This document shows, piece after piece, positions 63,225-64,000 of a stretch of DNA of 64,000 nucleotides. The stretch is from an uncultured Solirubrobacterales bacterium (GTDB lineage: Bacteria > Actinomycetota > Thermoleophilia > Solirubrobacterales > Solirubrobacteraceae): positions 191,589-255,588 of the forward strand of contig CAVXUG010000006.1 of assembly GCA_963764905.1 (NCBI GenBank). The letters run 5' to 3'. A program made the position numbers and the translations under genes. Position 1 is the stretch's first letter. Every line of letters starts with the position of its first letter. Below the pieces are notes generated by a model. That model had not been told where the DNA came from and did no database searches. It worked only from the letters and a program-made list of their open reading frames with translations.

Positions 63225-64000
63225 TCATCCTCGCACCGGCGCCGGGGAAGCCGCGTCGTCGACGATCACAGTCAAGCGCTCGCGCCTGAGCAGGCTCGCG
63301 GGGACGTGGCGGCTCGGCTCGGCCAGCGCCGCGGCGATCGCGTCCGCCTTGCCCGCACCGGTCGCCAGCAGCAGGCAGCGCCGCGCGGCGCGCAGCACCG
63401 CGAGGCTCAGCGTGATCCGCTCGGGCGGCGGCTTGGGCGAGTCGTGCACACCCAGGCAGAGCGCGTGTTCCCCGCGTCGAGCGTCGGCGCCCCGGGAAAC
63501 AGCGAGGCGATGTGACCGTCGGGGCCGATCCCGAGCACGATCAGGTCGAGCACGGGTGGGTTCGGGTTGGGCGGGTTCTCATCTCCGGTGGCGGTCTCTC
63601 CGGGTGGTGTTCCGGGAGATGACGTCCCGGCGGGCGGGATCTGCTCTTGCAACGCGGAGGCATACCTGCGGGCGCCCTCCTCTGCTCCCAGCTCCCCCTC
63701 CATCCGATGGACCCGCGCTGGATCGATCCCTGCCGGTCCCAGCAGTGTCTCGGCGGCGAGCCGGTAGTTGCTCTCTGCGTCCTCCGGCGCGACGCAGCGC
63801 TCGTCGGCGAACCACAGCTCGACGCCGTCCCAGTCCTGCAGCGCATCGGCGAGCAGCTCGTAGGTGCGCTTGGGCGTCGAGCCGCCGGAAAGGGCGAGGC
63901 GCGCGACGCCGCGCAGCTCGCGCGCGCGCTCCAGATCGCGCGCGATCTCAACCGCGGCGCGGGTGGCGGTCGCCTCGGCGTCGGCGAACGTCGTCAGGCG
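63225..64000 (-). CDS. pgl: 6-phosphogluconolactonase (5' end outside window; frameshift near 63465)
   Basis: LSGGSTP, WFADERCV, SNY, LGIGPDGHIASLFP, PKPPPERITL, GAGKA. Confidence 0.9.

Overview
High-GC actinobacterial DNA. Gene content and the secreted-protein architectures suggest Solirubrobacterales/Thermoleophilia (inference). The sequence has many single-base indels, probably long-read errors, so many genes are split across ORF frames and some boundaries are approximate. Bases 1-36 kb form a phosphate-starvation island: ppk1, sixA, an orphan OmpR/PhoB-type regulator, phoU, two complete pstSCAB sets, a receiver-less winged-helix protein and a DUF47 gene, interrupted by a mobile mystery A/B (HTH + Fic) pair and an intact IS with 11-bp TIRs and a 6-bp TSD. 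The most interesting part is an ~18-kb co-oriented cluster (17.5-35.8 kb) behind PHO-box-like 11-bp repeats. It encodes secreted beta-propeller-like proteins, a large non-lipoprotein PstS-like protein, an FtsH paralogue with an altered pore loop, and two apparently dead phosphatase-fold proteins. It is a candidate undescribed cell-surface phosphate scavenging/sensing system. Bases 36-49 kb are mostly housekeeping (GGDEF-EAL, uppP, mscS, RibD-like, csp, GT-C glycosyltransferase, arfB, beta-oxidation genes, vapBC). Bases 51-61 kb hold a second surface module: a collagen-like protein, two giant secreted proteins sharing a Lys-rich two-Cys C-terminal motif, and a TetR-wHTH regulator. The window ends with egtD, egtB and pgl. 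No rRNA, tRNA or CRISPR array was recognised.
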